NCBI RefSeq assembly: GCF_039654945.1
Contig: NW_027361797.1
Span: 34,534,001-34,598,000, forward strand
Source of the DNA: Dendrobates tinctorius
Lineage: Eukaryota
Direction of reading: 5' to 3'
Length of the DNA stretch: 64,000 nt
The notes beneath the pieces are model-generated. The model saw only the letters and a list, made by a program, of their open reading frames with translations. It had not been told where the DNA came from and did no database searches. Shown here in pieces: positions 1 to 13,372 of this stretch (within the stretch, counting starts at the first letter, position 1; every line of letters starts with the position of its first letter). Both the position numbers and the translations under genes were made by a program.

Positions 1-502
1 ATCCCCTCTACACTGTGACATCCCCCACTGATCCCCTCTACACTGACATGTATTACCCCCCGCAGCACCCCCACTGGATGAATAAAGCATTGCACTTTTC
101 CTCTTTACATCAGTGGGCTGTCTATGTAATTGGCAGACAATTAATTCAGAATGTTATAATAAAGTATTTAAAAAATGTTTTTCTAAACTAGACAACCACT
201 ATAGCATGGTGTAGTATAATATATATCCTGTGGTCTCTGTGCTCAATAGAACACGGTGACCTGTCCGTTCAGTGACTGTTATTTCTTTATTTTTCAATCG
301 TGCTTGAAAATCGTCATGAACCGTGTAAGACCCCTGTAAAGTCCAATTATTGATGAGATGAATGAACTTCTGTGCAGATAAGAAAGTAACATGAACCAGG
401 TCTATTCCGAGGACGGTAATACATCTGGACGACAGCTGTAGCCATGGCTGGGGACTATAGGGAGAGGAGAGACCTGAGTCCAGTGTGGCCCCGGCTGGAT
501 TC

Positions 503-634
503 ACTCAGTGGAAGTCTTCAAACAGAGCCTGGACAGACATCTGTCTGGGATGATTTAGTGAATCCTGCATTGAGAAGGGGGTTGGACACGATGACCCTGG
601 AGGTCCCTTCCAACTCTACCATTCTATGATTCTA
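503..634 (+). mobile_element. CR1 LINE 3' end fragment
   Basis: GGTCCCTTCCAACTCTACC followed by ATTCTATG-type tail repeats; same sequence family as 15600-15720 and 58996-59217. Confidence 0.8.
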
Positions 635-765
635 TCAGCTGTAGGACATTGGGCAATAGAGCAGCAGAAACTGTGGACAGAGATTCGACAACTCCTATAG
701 TACGTCGCCATTTTTTCTTGGAACTTCCAGGAGAGTTGGCAAGAATAAGCAACACTCCGGTACTA

Positions 766-1071
<306 letters not shown>

Positions 1072-1814
1072 TTATATAAGCGCAAAGCATGAATGTGAAA
1101 ATTGGGTATTCAAGGGATTTTTTCTGTTTTCTTCTTACATGGGTCCTCTAAAAATAATCATATCAAATTTGATTTTGTTGAGGCCTCAAACATCTGCAGG
1201 CAAACCTGGCGGCAAATGTTCAATTTGGTTGCAGTGCCAACATAGATTAAATTAAAGGGAAGGGGGTCATCAGGAAATTACTTATGTTTAAATCAGGTTC
1301 TTATGGTAAATTTATTATGAACTTTTATCTTTTGTATACAAAACTTCTGAGCTTCTAATCTGAGTCATTGTTAAAGAAGATGGAATAGATGAGCCGTGAC
1401 CAACTTCAGTTGTGAATGGTGGATCCTCTGTATCCAGTCTATACAAAGGTGTTACCGTTCATTGTCATCATGTATGTGATGATAATGAGACTGCTGAAAA
1501 GTCTTCCATAAAGATCAAATAGTAGGGGTCACTAGTATAAAGACTCTCATAATAAGGATACATTCAGCTGATCTCAGCCAACAATGTAATGTGTATGGGG
1601 CTTATTGACTCTCCATACAATCAACAAATCTTCAAGGAAGGGTGAGCTGACACAATTCTCTTTTTTTTTTAATTGACGCTCCTCTTATGATGTTGGGGGA
1701 CAGAAGGATTCGGCCTGTTGAATTTCAAGGACTGTTAATTTTGTTCAGAGAAGAAATAAGCCTCTATCAGAGGAATCTGACAGCGACTCTCTCATAGAGA
1801 ACACTGGAACGCTT

Positions 1815-2000
1815 GGGACATTATTACAGGAAGGGGCCAGGATGGGGGACATTATACCAGGAAGAGGCCAAGGTAAGGGAGCATTATACCAGGAAGGGGC
1901 TCAGAATGGAGGACATTATACCAAGAAGGGGCAAAGGAGGAAGATTTTACCAGGAAAGGGCCAAGGACATTATTACAGGATGGGGGACATTATTACATGG
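1815..2000. repeat. About 30-bp minisatellite (GGGACATTATACCAGGAAGGGGCCAGGAT-like), about 6 copies
   Basis: Visible tandem units. Confidence 0.75.
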
Positions 2001-2362
2001 GGGTGAGGGGTGATCACGTGTGTCTTTATAGGATCTAAAATGCTAAGAGGGCACATGAAACAGACCAACATGCAGCTGGGCGCCCAGGTCCAAATTTTGC
2101 ATCGGACTTTAGTTACGTCACTGGACATAACAGTCCGGTCAGTGGAGTCCAATTTGAATAGAGGTTATATTAAGTTGTCTTACTAAAGTAGTTTTCTATA
2201 ATTACCATTCATTTCAATATTAGGGTTACCCTTACACTGAATTTATGGGCTACCCAGTCTGCCTGACTTTTATGACTTGTCTGAAAGTTATTTCTAATTC
2301 CTTGTGATGAATTCTGGATATTCCCAGGAAAATGAATGATACCAGTCTAATATGATCCATAC

Positions 2363-2456
2363 CTGCCTTCTGTCACTTAATCCTATCCATACATCAGTGG
2401 GTATTCCTGGGACTTGGCTGTTCACAAGATCAAATACAAAAATGTTTTCCTCCCAG
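2363..2456 (-). CDS. CLEC19A: CLEC19A-like coding exon 3 (SWEENIFVFDLVNSQVPGIPTDVWIGLSDRRQ)
   Basis: CAG acceptor, CAG|GTATG donor, WIGL motif, frame continuity with exons 2 and 4. Confidence 0.93.
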
Positions 2457-2676
2457 CTGTTGAGGAAAAAAGACGGTCATGTAGAGATGCATCAAGGAAT
2501 AAGCATCCGTTGCTAACGTTTTCAATAATATTATACTTACCACTGCAAAAAAAATTGCTTACAACATAAGTAGCTGACTACTTGTTTTGGGTAAATTCTG
2601 GAAAATCCAAGTATTAGACCCATTGATAGTCCCATTGAATAGCTAAGAGGCTAATCCTAATGCAAATCCTGGTTTG

Positions 2677-3835
2677 TAGATAGAGACAAACACCTTGGTC
2701 ACCTCAAAAAGACCTTTTTGAATCAGGGCTACCATCCAAGAACAATTGAAAACCAAATTACAAGAGCCACCAGATTGTCAAGGAATCACCTGCTACATTA
2801 CAAAGCTAAAGAAGAAAATAACCGAGTGCCTCTAGTAGTCACCTACAACCCAAATCTGGAGGTGCTAAGGGGAGCTGCACGGAAATTACAACCTTTACTA
2901 CAGAAAGATGCCCGATTACAATCCATTTTTCCAGACCCCCCACTGCTGTGTTTTAGGCAGCCCCCAAATTTAAGAAGCATCATTGTCAGAAGCTCCCTGT
3001 CCTCTCCAACAGCTGCAGGAACCTTTCCTTGCAACCAGAAAAAATGTAAAACCTGTCCATTTATAATGACCATGGACAAGATAAAGATCCCCAACTCACA
3101 TCAGGACTACAAGATCCCAGGTACTTTCACCTGCATTACATCTAATGTGGTGTACTTAATTATTTGTACTAAATGTCCAACTGGGGGTCTGTATGTGGGG
3201 GAGACAGGGCAAAAGCTTAGAACAAGGATGAATGCTCATCGTCACACAATAGGAGAAAAAAGAATGGATCTACCTGTGGCAAAACATTTCTGTATCCCTG
3301 ATCACAGCAGCATGGATATGAAATTACTGGTATTGAAAGGTAACTTCAATTCTCAGAGAGATAGACGAGTTTGGGAGTATAAATTTATGACGACCTTTGA
3401 CACTCTCAGTGCTGGAATGAATGTGTCGCATGGATTTATGTCTTTTTACATCAATTAAGGAATTTCCTTTTAAAACCTTGCGGGGCAACACAGAACTAGA
3501 CCCCAATCAGAGGACCATAAAACATCCAGACTCCTTATCTATGAACTGGTCCGATGTTTATATTTATGTTTCTCCCTCTCCCATATTGATAGTTCTGCTT
3601 CACGTCACTTGTCTTATCTATTGCATTTTTTCTTGGCTGTATTGTGCATAAATATGTGACTTCAGATTTTGTATTATTCTATGCCTGATGAAGAGACCTG
3701 AGTAGTCTCGAAAGCTTGCAATGTGTTACCATCTTTTCAGTTAGCCATTAAAAAGTATCCACCACTGAGGACTCTCAATCCTGAATATTTTTCTATCCAC
3801 TGGCTAACACGGTACAAAGATATACATCTTTTCTG
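2677..3835 (+). mobile_element. 5'-truncated Penelope-like element: thumb/linker plus GIY-YIG endonuclease ORF (2718-3458) and 3' terminal repeat
   Basis: CKTC zinc motif, VVYLIIC..C...YVGETGQ.L..R...H (GIY-YIG), PVA.HF, R...E; hammerhead motif in the 3' tail. Lies in CLEC19A intron 2, antisense. Confidence 0.9.
3682..3720 (+). ncRNA. Minimal hammerhead-ribozyme motif (Penelope terminal-repeat type)
   Basis: TGC-CTGATGA-A-GAGAC(ctgagta)GTCTC-GAAA-GCTT-GCA: core boxes, 5-bp stem II, palindromic AAGCTT stem III, 3-bp stem I. Confidence 0.7.
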
Positions 3836-4099
3836 GTTTGTACTTCAGAACTGTGTCAGGAGTCCATTGGTCAACCTTGAATTTTTCCTGACAAAGTACA
3901 CAGTGAATGTATCCGTCACTTTTCTTTCATAGGATTACTATACAACATCGATTATAAAAATTGCGTGGGGCTGAGGCTGGCAGGTTTGATTTATCCATTC
4001 CGGCTCAGGCAGCAGGATACCAACCTGAGTATTCAGGTAGCAAGCGTCATGCCACTACTTAGAGTTGGATTAGCTCTGATTCACTCTCCTACACAGAAT

Positions 4100-4385
4100 C
4101 CCAGCACAGCTCCAATTATTGAGTCAACTTTGCTAGATTTTTACACTAAGTCTGCTACTCCATAATGCCTATTCTGCTACGTCACTTTATCAACTCTGCT
4201 CCTCTTTGTGCCAGCTCTGTTACATTGCTGAGTCAACTCTCCTACATTGCTGAGCCAAGTCTGCTACTCCATCGAGTCAATGCTGCTATTTTGTTATGCC
4301 AACTCTACTACATCTCTGGATCAACTCTGCTGCATCATGGTGACTGCTCTGCTCCATTGTAGATTACTACTCTGCTACGTTAGTT
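4100..4385. repeat. Degenerate low-complexity repeat (ACTCTGCT-rich)
   Basis: Recurring CAACTCTGCT/TCTGCTACT motifs. Confidence 0.5.
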
Positions 4386-4640
4386 TCTCATTGCATAGAG
4401 TGTATAGTTGTATAGGCAGTGATTGGGATCAAAGACAGAAATATCCTATTAGGGAACGCGCCACGCAAAACCGATACCGTATTTTATACCTTGTCAAAGT
4501 CCAGCGCAGACAGTCCTATGTGAACAAGGCATAACATACTATATCATTTTGCCTGGAATATTCCTTTAAATTCTGCTCATATAATTCTAGAACATTATCT
4601 AGAATTCTGCTACAACTTCGGAAAGCAGGATGTCTTTTTA

Positions 4641-4919
<279 letters not shown>

Positions 4920-5474
4920 TTAATATATCGTCCACCTCATTATTACAGGACAGTTGAGTACACATAGTCTATGACAATTGCTGTCTGCTTTAATACAGTT
5001 CCGTCAAATGACATTTTTACTTTTTTTGTTCCTACTGAGGGATCAGAAAAAAGTTTTACTTTAACGATTCTGAAACAGTTGGAACAGTTTTGGAGATTGG
5101 TGGTCCAACTTGCCCAAAAGTTCATAAGATGTGCATTGGTGGATCACAAGCATTGTCGTTACCTCTATCGCCAAAGTAAATGGATTTATCAACCGCATCA
5201 TTTAACAATGAAATTGGTTGCCCTTGTGATATAGGAGGTAAATAATGTCTACACTGCGTGGTGCATTGACATTTCCAATGTCTTCCTTCTTTTAGATGGG
5301 AAATGTATGAAAAGTTGGGAGAACGTTTGGGAGGGTTTTGCAAACTTCGACATGATGTTGTTCATCTTTTTTATTCGATAAGTGGCGTTAATCCTTTGTA
5401 AAATGGCTTCTACTGCAGGATATTGTCAGTGGTAACCACGAGACATTGAAGTTGACTTGGACCAATGGTGGATT

Positions 5475-6230
5475 TGTGGTAACGGCCCGGATTGGGGGGT
5501 GGTCCACTGCTTACCGCGCCCAGACGACACAGAGACGAGACGGAGGCAGATTTTCGGTTGCAACAGGTCCGAGTTTATTGGCCATCCTCCTGACGACCAT
5601 AGCCATGCACCGCAGCACCTTTACAGCTCTCCGTATTCGAGCCCGGGTACCTTCACCTTCCTTCAGTCGTAGTGACGTTCCTCGCGGATCTTTCTCTAGG
5701 GCTGCCCTAGGCCTATCTACCGCCAGTACTTCACCAGTCCGAGGTTGTTGTCCAATCGGTACCCCCGGGGCCTCATCTGTCCTGCGGTTCTTTGTGTCAG
5801 GGCCACCCCCCTGTCTCTTCCTATCAGTCCCCTGGTCGAGCTCTCCACCATCGTCAGTCCTCCATACTGAGTCTTCTCCTCCTGAGCTCCTCCCGGGACT
5901 AGACTAGCCTGGAACCCTGTCCTGTCCTATTTATCCCCTTCCTCGGGAATTTCCCTCCTGGGTTCCTATCTCCCCGCCCCCATGACTAAGCGGTTTCGTA
6001 GCCCTAAGCCGTTGTAAAGTCCTGTTCTCAAGCTCCCCTCTGCCATCTTGTGGTCAAATCCAGGTACTGCACTCCTTTTCCATCTTCCCCAGCTGTTCCC
6101 CTTCTGTCATTACCAATGTCCGTCTATATTGCACAAACCATCCCTTTTTCCTTCAGTCAAGTCCGTCCGTCAAGTCACCTTCCCCACAGATTAACAGCAG
6201 AACATATTGCTGGAGAAGAAATAATACAGA
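5475..6230 (-). mobile_element. Probable solo LTR or LTR remnant
   Basis: Abrupt GC-rich island in AT-rich intron. On the minus strand a TATA-like ATAAATAG (about 5930) precedes AATAAA (about 5575). Ends are uncertain. Confidence 0.4.
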
Positions 6231-6498
6231 GTCAATGGTGATGCCAAATTCCCTAAATACTGTATGCTGCTGAGCATATCTGGTGGTCTCTGTAGCCTGA
6301 AACATCGGCATTTAAGTTGCTTTTCCAATCAAGTAAACACACAATTATATAATTTTACATTGACTTTCTAAGGAAATTTTTTATTGCTGCTAAATATACA
6401 CTCATGCGGTGATTGTGGGTTCTCTCGACTCCAGGATCGTCTCCTGTGCACCGTTACCTGACCAGCACCTGGATGTGTGATGGTTGTGACCCAGACAT

Positions 6499-6555
6499 AC
6501 AGTGGCTTCCAAAAGTATTCACACCCCCTTGGCATTTTTCAGGTTTTGCTACCTC
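6499..6555 (+). mobile_element. Tc1-like TIR fragment
   Basis: TA-CAGTGGCTTCCAAAAGTATTCACACCCCTTGG terminus. Confidence 0.6.
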
Positions 6556-7218
6556 ACATCGGGGCTCTCTGACCTTTCCCGGCACCTGCGTGCTGCAGTA
6601 CTTTGCTCTTCCCTCAACAGGGCAGGTAGGTAAATTTATGTTCCTATCAAAATAAAAAGCTTTAAATGCTTACTTCCACACCTGTTAGAGAACTTTGCTT
6701 TAGATAATGTTTATATTGCTTTCTTACTTTTTTATATTAATTTATGTATTTTTTTTTACTTTTTAGCATGTGTAGCTTTGTCTTGTCGTCGCTGGAAGCC
6801 CCAGTTATAAAGAGCCAGCATTGTGTCACCGGAACTTGGCAGCCACCGGTTCCAAGCCAGCGCTGATCGTACTCTTAATTTTAACTAATGTTCTATATTC
6901 TGCAGACAAATGGAAGTACAAGCAGATCAGTCCAATAAGAGTAATATTTTGTTTTTACAGCAGGGAAGATCTACTCTGTAATTAGAAAATTCAAGGGGAA
7001 TTCCAGTCTTTGATCTCTTGGCTCTTGGGCCACCGAGTTGTACAGTTGGCCTCCTACAGTTGAACGGAGCAGAAGATGGCTGGGAATGCCCCTGTGCAAA
7101 GGAACAATTTTGAAGGCAAAGACGTTCTCAGGATCATGGGTGCCCAGAAGTCAGCGTTCCAGTAACCAATCAGTCATGACATATCGTAGGAAAATGCTAC
7201 CTGTTACTGACATGGATT

Positions 7219-7480
7219 GGGCAACATGGTGGCTCAGTGGTTAGCACTGCAGCGCTGGGCTCCTGGGTTCAAATCCCACCAAGGACAACATCTGCAAGGC
7301 ATTTGTATATTCTTCCCATGTTTGCGTGGGTTTCCTCCAGGTTCCTTCCACACTCCAATGACCAACTGATAGGGAATCTAGATTGTGAGCCTCAATGGGG
7401 ACAGTTTTGGTGATGATGTCTGTAAAGTGCTGTGGAAATTAATGGAATGGTGCTATGTAAATGAGTACAATAAAATAATT
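7219..7480 (+). mobile_element. V-SINE-like tRNA-derived SINE with L2-type tail
   Basis: A-box TGGCTCAGTGG, B-box GGTTCAAATCC, V-domain-like TGCGTGGGTTTCCTCC, and a 3' TGTAAAGTGCTG...GCTAT..AAT tail resembling the local L2 tails. Confidence 0.8.
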
Positions 7481-9028
7481 ATACATCTGTAAAGTTCCTG
7501 ATGATGATGTTAATAATTTTACCCCAGCAAACACATGCCATATATGTTGGGAGCACTCGCACTGACTTCATGCAATACAGTAAATGCTTGCTTATAGCCT
7601 AGGTGCTATTGATCTAGTAGGACATGCTTGTTATAGGAGCGCTGAAAAAAGTAGGTCAAGAAGACTTGTTTACTCCCTAAGTTTATTTCATAGGCTTTAT
7701 AAATAGGTGACAGTGAGATTGCGGAAACATGACATCATGTCATCTGCACAACTGCCAATAGTCCTTATTGAAATGGTGACAAGGTTGGGAAGGGCCCAAA
7801 TCTTCAAATCTTTGCCAAGAAATATCCAAGCAAAACTTCTAAACACTTCTAAACTCTACTGGTTATTGAGCACCCATTTCCATATGTAGTATTTTTTTTT
7901 TATGCTCTGCTTCTATAGCGCCATCATATTGCACAGCACTTTACAGACATTATCGTGGCTGTGCACATTGGGGTCCACAATCTAAATTTCCTCTGAGTTT
8001 GTCTTTTGGAGAATTACCCCGGTAAGGTTGATTGTATTGGCATAAAGTGATGTTATTGCTTAATGTCCCATCATGTCTCAGGCATTCCTGCAACTACTGA
8101 TCCAATATCTTTATTACACAGGTAAGAACATATGTGCCCCCGTATAGTGCCGTTGTGCGTAGACTGCTCTTATGATCTCACTGCGAGAAGTAAAGCCGGT
8201 CATATTCTAGCCATGTAGACTAATGTACAGACTCCGAGTGATGTCGATAGAAGTCCAGTTGACCATGTTGAATTTTTTGGTTCTTGCTCTGTTCTTGGTG
8301 TTCTTAAAAAGAACTAATGTGAGCTACAGAGAGGGCTCGGTATGGGGTGGTTTGGGTCTACAATTATTTTTATTGTTTTTTTTTACTTGACTTCATTAGT
8401 AGAAGTGCAGGCGGCAATAGTGGGCCAACTGTGCGTGATACACCATTTAAAAGAGGCTTGGTTCATCATTTACTTTTCCAATCTGTCAAATGTGTAGACA
8501 AGATGGTGAAAACACTAGATGTCAATATCCTAATTAAAGTCAAAGTCCACCTTCAGAGGACTTTAAAAACTATTGGCCCCTTTAAAAGGGCCAATTTTGA
8601 CCATTAAACGACCACCATCAGCAATAGATGGGCTGATCAGCAGCCGTTCACTGGTTTGTTTCGAAAGGCCGACGAATATTTTATGTACTGTATGCAAAAC
8701 GATCGTCTATTCACAATCGCATTATCGACAGCACATCACTTGTTTATACAAGATATCTTGCTAATACTGATAATTTTTAAGCCTGCTAAAAAATTATTAC
8801 ACCTAACAGACTCATTCCTCGAGTAATTATTGTCCAGTTTTGATGGGCCAATAATTGGGAAAAAGCATTATTGACTTGAATAAAAGGGTCATATATTGAG
8901 GAAATTGCATTTCCTACTTTACAAGAAAATATATATATAAAGTGCACTCAGTGAGAGAAACAAAATAGGAATCTTATGGGTATGATACCTTTTAATGGCT
9001 AACAATTAGTAGTAAATGATGCTACAAG

Positions 9029-9065
9029 GCAAGCTTTCGGGACTGCTTACGTCCCTTCATCAGGC
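9029..9065 (-). ncRNA. Minimal hammerhead motif, left arm of fold-back
   Basis: Minus strand reads GC-CTGATGA-A-GGGAC(gtaagca)GTCCC-GAAA-GCTT-GC. Confidence 0.65.
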
Positions 9066-9165
9066 TTATATAACAAAATATTTGAAGAAACCTTATTTAT
9101 ATACAGTTAATAAGGTTTCTTCAAATATTTCAAAATAAGGTTTCTTCAAATATTTTGTTATATAA

Positions 9166-9202
9166 GCCTGATGAAGGGACGTAAGCAGTCCTGAAAGCTT
9201 GC
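9166..9202 (+). ncRNA. Minimal hammerhead motif, right arm of fold-back
   Basis: GC-CTGATGA-A-GGGAC(gtaagca)GTCCT-GAAA-GCTT-GC. Confidence 0.65.
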
Positions 9203-9300
9203 CTTCTAGCATCATTTACTACTAATTGTTAGCCATTAAAAGGTATCATACTCACGAGATTCCTATTTTGTTTCTCTTACTGAAAGCACTTTATATATAG

Positions 9301-11390
9301 TAATAATAATAAATTTTCTTTCTATAGCGCAGACATATTCCGCAGCACTTTACATTTCAGAGGGGATTTGTACAGACAACAGACATTACAGCATAACAAT
9401 AATCACATAGATTATAACAAATACCAAGAGGAATGAGGGCCCTGCTCGAAGCTTACAATCTATGAGGAAAGAGGTAGACACGAAAGGTGGGTGGTAACAT
9501 TTGCCCTGATTGTATGGACCAGCCATAATGTTAAGTGTGTAACAGTACGGATGCAGAGGGCTAATGGATGCATAAAGCATGTGGGAACATGATGCAGGGA
9601 ATCTGGTTATGGTAAAACTTTTGACTGTGCCACAGAGGGATAGTTAGGTTAATGTGTTGAGGCGATAGGCCAGTCTGAACAAATGAGTTTTCAGGACACG
9701 CTTAAAATTGCAGGGATTGGGGACTACACGTATTGACCTGGGAAGTGCATTCCAAAGAATTGGCGCAGCACGTGTATAGTCTTGGAGACGGGAGTGGGAG
9801 GTTCTGATTATCGAGGATGCTAACCTCAGGTCATCAGCAGAACGGAGGGCACGGGTAGGGTGGTAGACTGAAACAAGGGAGGAGATGTAGGGTGGTGCTG
9901 AGCCATGGAGTGCTTTGTGGGTGAGGGCAATAAGTTTGTACTGGATTCTGGAGTGGATGGGTAGCCAGTGTAATGACTGGCACAAGGTAGAGGCATCAGT
10001 GTAACGATTGGTGAGGAATATGATCCTGGCTACAGCATTCAAGACAGATTGGAGGGGGGAAAGTTTGGTAAGAGGGAGACCGATTAGAAGAGAGTTACAA
10101 TAGTCCAGACGAGAATGAATAAGAGAAACAGTAAGAGTTTTTGCAGAGTCAAAGGTAAGAAAAGGTCGAATTCTAGAAATGTTTTTGAGATGCAGATAAC
10201 AAGAGCGAGCCAGTGATTGGATGTGGGGGGTGAATGAAAGCTCGGAGTCAAGTATGACCCCAAGACAGCTGGCATGTTGCTGGGGAGTAATAGTGGAACC
10301 ACACACAGAAATGGCAATGTCGGGTATAGGTGCATTAGTAAAGGGAGGAAACACAAGGAGTTCAGTCTTTGACAGGTTCAGTTTCAGATATAGTGAGGAC
10401 GTGATGTTAGACACAGCGTTTAGACAATCGCCGGTGTTTTATAGAAAGGCTGGCGTGATGTCAGGAGAAGAAGCGTATAATTGGGTGTCATCAGCATAGA
10501 GATGGTACTGGAAACCAAATCTACTGATTGTTTTACCAATAGGGGCAGTGTACAAGGAGAAGAGGAGGGGGCCTAGAACCGATCCTTGAGGAACCCCAAC
10601 AGTAAGGGGAAGATGAGAGGAGGAGGAGCCAGCAAAAGATACAGTAAAGGAGCGGTCGGAGAGATAGGAGGAAAACCAGGAGAGAACGGTGTCCTTGATG
10701 CCGATGGAGCGGAGCATAGTGAGGAGGAGCTGATGATCCACAGTGTCGAATGCTGCAGAGAGATCCAAGAGAATTAGCATGGAGTAATGACCGTTAGATT
10801 TAGCTGTTAGTAGATCATTAGAGACTTTAGTGAGGGCAGTTTCAGTAGAGTGTAGAGAGCGGAAATCGGATTGGAGAGGGTCGAGAAGAGAGTTATCAGA
10901 GAGATAGCGGATCAGACGGGAGTGGACCAGGCGTTCCAGGAGTTTAGAGATGAAGGGAAGATTAGAGACAGGTCTATAGTTAGCGGCACAGTTTTGGTCG
11001 AGGGATGGTTTTTTAAGTAGTGGATGTATGATGGCATGCTTAAATGAGGAGGGAAAAATACCAGGAGAGAGAGAGAGGTTAAATATTTTAGTTAGGTGAG
11101 GGGTGACAGCAGGGGAAAGGGACTGGAGCAGATGTGACGGAAATGGGTCACTGGTGCAAGTGGTTGGGCGACAAGATGCAAGGAGCCTGCTTACTTCTTC
11201 TTCTGTGACTGGTTCAAACTCAGAGAGTGAGCTAGATGCAGTGGGGGAGGGAGGAGAGTGCATGGTATGAGGTGATTGGGAGATAATTTCCTGTCGGATA
11301 TGATCAATTTTTTCTTTGAAGTAATTGGCCAGATCGTCAGCTTGAAGCTCCATGGTTGGGGCCTGTACTCTTGGGTTGAGCAGGGAATGA
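9301..11390 (-). mobile_element. 5'-truncated L2 LINE (RT domain; in-frame stop at 10439-10441), sense within CLEC19A intron 1
   Basis: [56 protein letters not shown]; L2 3' tail TGTAAAGTGCTGCGGAATATG...(TTA)n. Confidence 0.95.
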
Positions 11391-11494
11391 AAAGTATCAA
11401 AGAGACGTTTCGGGTTATATATATTTTTTTCTACTGGCTAACACGGTACCAAACCACTTTTTTCGTTCTACTTTACAAGAAAAACAGATTTTAA

Positions 11495-11816
11495 GGATGT
11501 ATCACTTAGATTACTGGGTGCAACAGTTGTGACACAATCAGAGTTTTTAGATGTAGCAGAGCTCAGAAAGCTGCACAACTCTCTTTGCACATTGTCTCTT
11601 GACAGGGAGCTGCTTCTCAGAGGAGGGGGGCGTGGCCGGACCAGAGCTCACATGCACAGCAGTCCAGGCAGTGATAATCTCCTGATGATAAAACATTCAT
11701 TGTATTGAGACAACAGCACACAGTCTAATAATTGACACATCCCTGAAATCAGCATCACAGCCCCAACCTCATGTTGTCCTCAGATTACATAGCAAAAACC
11801 TGCTTGCAGATACCCC
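11495..11816. mobile_element. Degenerate T2/Kolobok-type MITE remnant
   Basis: Reverse-complement similarity to the MITE at 52434-52871; ends in CCCCTTAA. Confidence 0.55.
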
Positions 11817-12652
11817 TTAAGTGATAGTAGTGTAAACCACAGACCAATATGACGTCCTCCTCACTTTCGTATTTATTTTTTGAGAGTGGAACTTGTGCCA
11901 CGAGTTGGGTCTCTCTGTTCATATCGATCAGGTTTTTTGGCTACCACTTCAGTGTTATGGCTATAATAATCTCACCTCTGTTAGACATTTTTAATTTTTT
12001 TATATAGATATAACATTTATTTTTTGTGTGTATTAGTTATACCAAGACGTATGATTGTCTTTCAGTAAGAATTGCACGTATATGAGTTTATAGCCTTTCA
12101 CCCTTTACCTATTTGTAGGTGGCTCCTCTTTCTTATATAGTTAATATTACAGAATAGCAAAATAGTTTCTTAATCTAATGATCATGATACTACTCAGCAA
12201 TACCTATATGTATTATGGTTAAAGGGTTATTCCCTAAAATACCAAATTAGGGAACACTTTGCTTATAACAGACTGCTGGGACCCCCCAGTAATCTTGAGA
12301 ACAGGGCTCCGCTCTTGCCTTTTTCCGGCAGTCCCATAGACAATGAGATTGATGGTTAGTCCCAGCGGTCAGTAAGTTATTCACTATCCCTATAGATAGG
12401 GGATAATTTGCTATTTTTGGAATAATATTTTACAGTGATAAAACAAATTTTTACAGCCTTGTGGAAATAGTTTAGTAAAATCTTTCTATAGTGAGAAGTA
12501 ATTGGCATTTAACAGAAATTAAATAAACTGAAAGGACACAATAGCGAAACCTCAGAGGGCTCTTAAACCAAATGTTCCAAATTCATGTAAATAATAATAC
12601 AATGTAATCCAAATATTTAGCGCCCAGAAAAAGAAAAATGAAGTGCACTCAC

Positions 12653-12725
12653 CTTGACTAAGTTGAATCTCCGTCTGGGGGAAAGCGTGTGCTGTTAATA
12701 TAATTAATGCAAGGACTGAGAACAT
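12653..12725 (-). CDS. CLEC19A: CLEC19A-like C-type lectin, coding exon 1 (signal peptide MFSVLALIILTAHAFPQTEIQLSQ)
   Basis: Hydrophobic signal peptide followed by AFPQTEI, like human CLEC19A AFPQTDI. Ends at a G|GTGAGT donor in phase 1. An alternative in-frame ATG lies at 12761. Confidence 0.85.
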
Positions 12726-13251
12726 GTCCCATTGTAAGGAAGAAGCCAGACAGTGTCTCATTTTCAGATTTTAAGACGGTTTCGGTGAGATGTCAGACTT
12801 GGAAGTCTTTGCTGGGTGAAGTTTCCTACAGCAGATGTAGTCCTCACGCAGAACACACCCCTAGGAACTGTCAACCACTTGTGTGTTGGGCGGCAGAGAG
12901 GTCTCCTCCAGCTCCTGAACAGTAAAATATCACATCTCCACTGGGTCCATGGTTTAGTTTAGAAGAAACGACCCTTTGACCTAAGCCATTTGTGAAGAGG
13001 AATTTCAATGTAACACAATCACTGAAGTTTTAAATTGGTGCAAACCCCACAGTGACTTGCATGAAAAGTTTGCTAGCCTAAGGTTGGAATTAAAAGTATT
13101 TTATTGGTGGTATTTATTTAGCCGTACCTACGTTGGTAGCTATTATGCTGGGGTAAATTACAGTATTGGCAGTATTATTTATTTTACATGCTTACATAGT
13201 GCCATTCATTTCCATAGCACTTTACAGATATTGTCATCACTGTCCCTATAA

Positions 13252-13372
13252 GGGTCTCGAAATCTTGTTACCATCTTTTCAGTTAGCCATTAAAAGGTAT
13301 CAACCATTGAGGACTCTCAATTCTAAATATTCTTCTACCTACTGGCTAACACGGTACAAAGATATATATCTT
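13252..13372 (+). mobile_element. Penelope terminal-repeat fragment
   Basis: Near copy of 3705-3830 (GTCTCGAAA...TTAGCCATTAAAAGGTATC...CTGGCTAACACGGTACAAAG). Confidence 0.75.

Larger units (their letters stand above)
8932..9299. repeat. About 370-bp fold-back built from two inverted copies of a Penelope terminal repeat
   Basis: 8932-9098 is the reverse complement of 9133-9299 with few mismatches; shares TTAGCCATTAAAA(A/G)GTATC with the PLE tail at 3741 and 13283. Confidence 0.9.

Noticed and set aside
199-504. Candidate final CLEC19A exon
   Set aside because: No WND...C...F.C motif found; the last exon is probably left of position 1.
4943-5343. Short ORFs in CLEC19A intron 1
   Set aside because: No recognisable domain or splice-compatible frame.
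7219-7285. tRNA gene
   Set aside because: A and B boxes belong to a SINE head; no complete cloverleaf.
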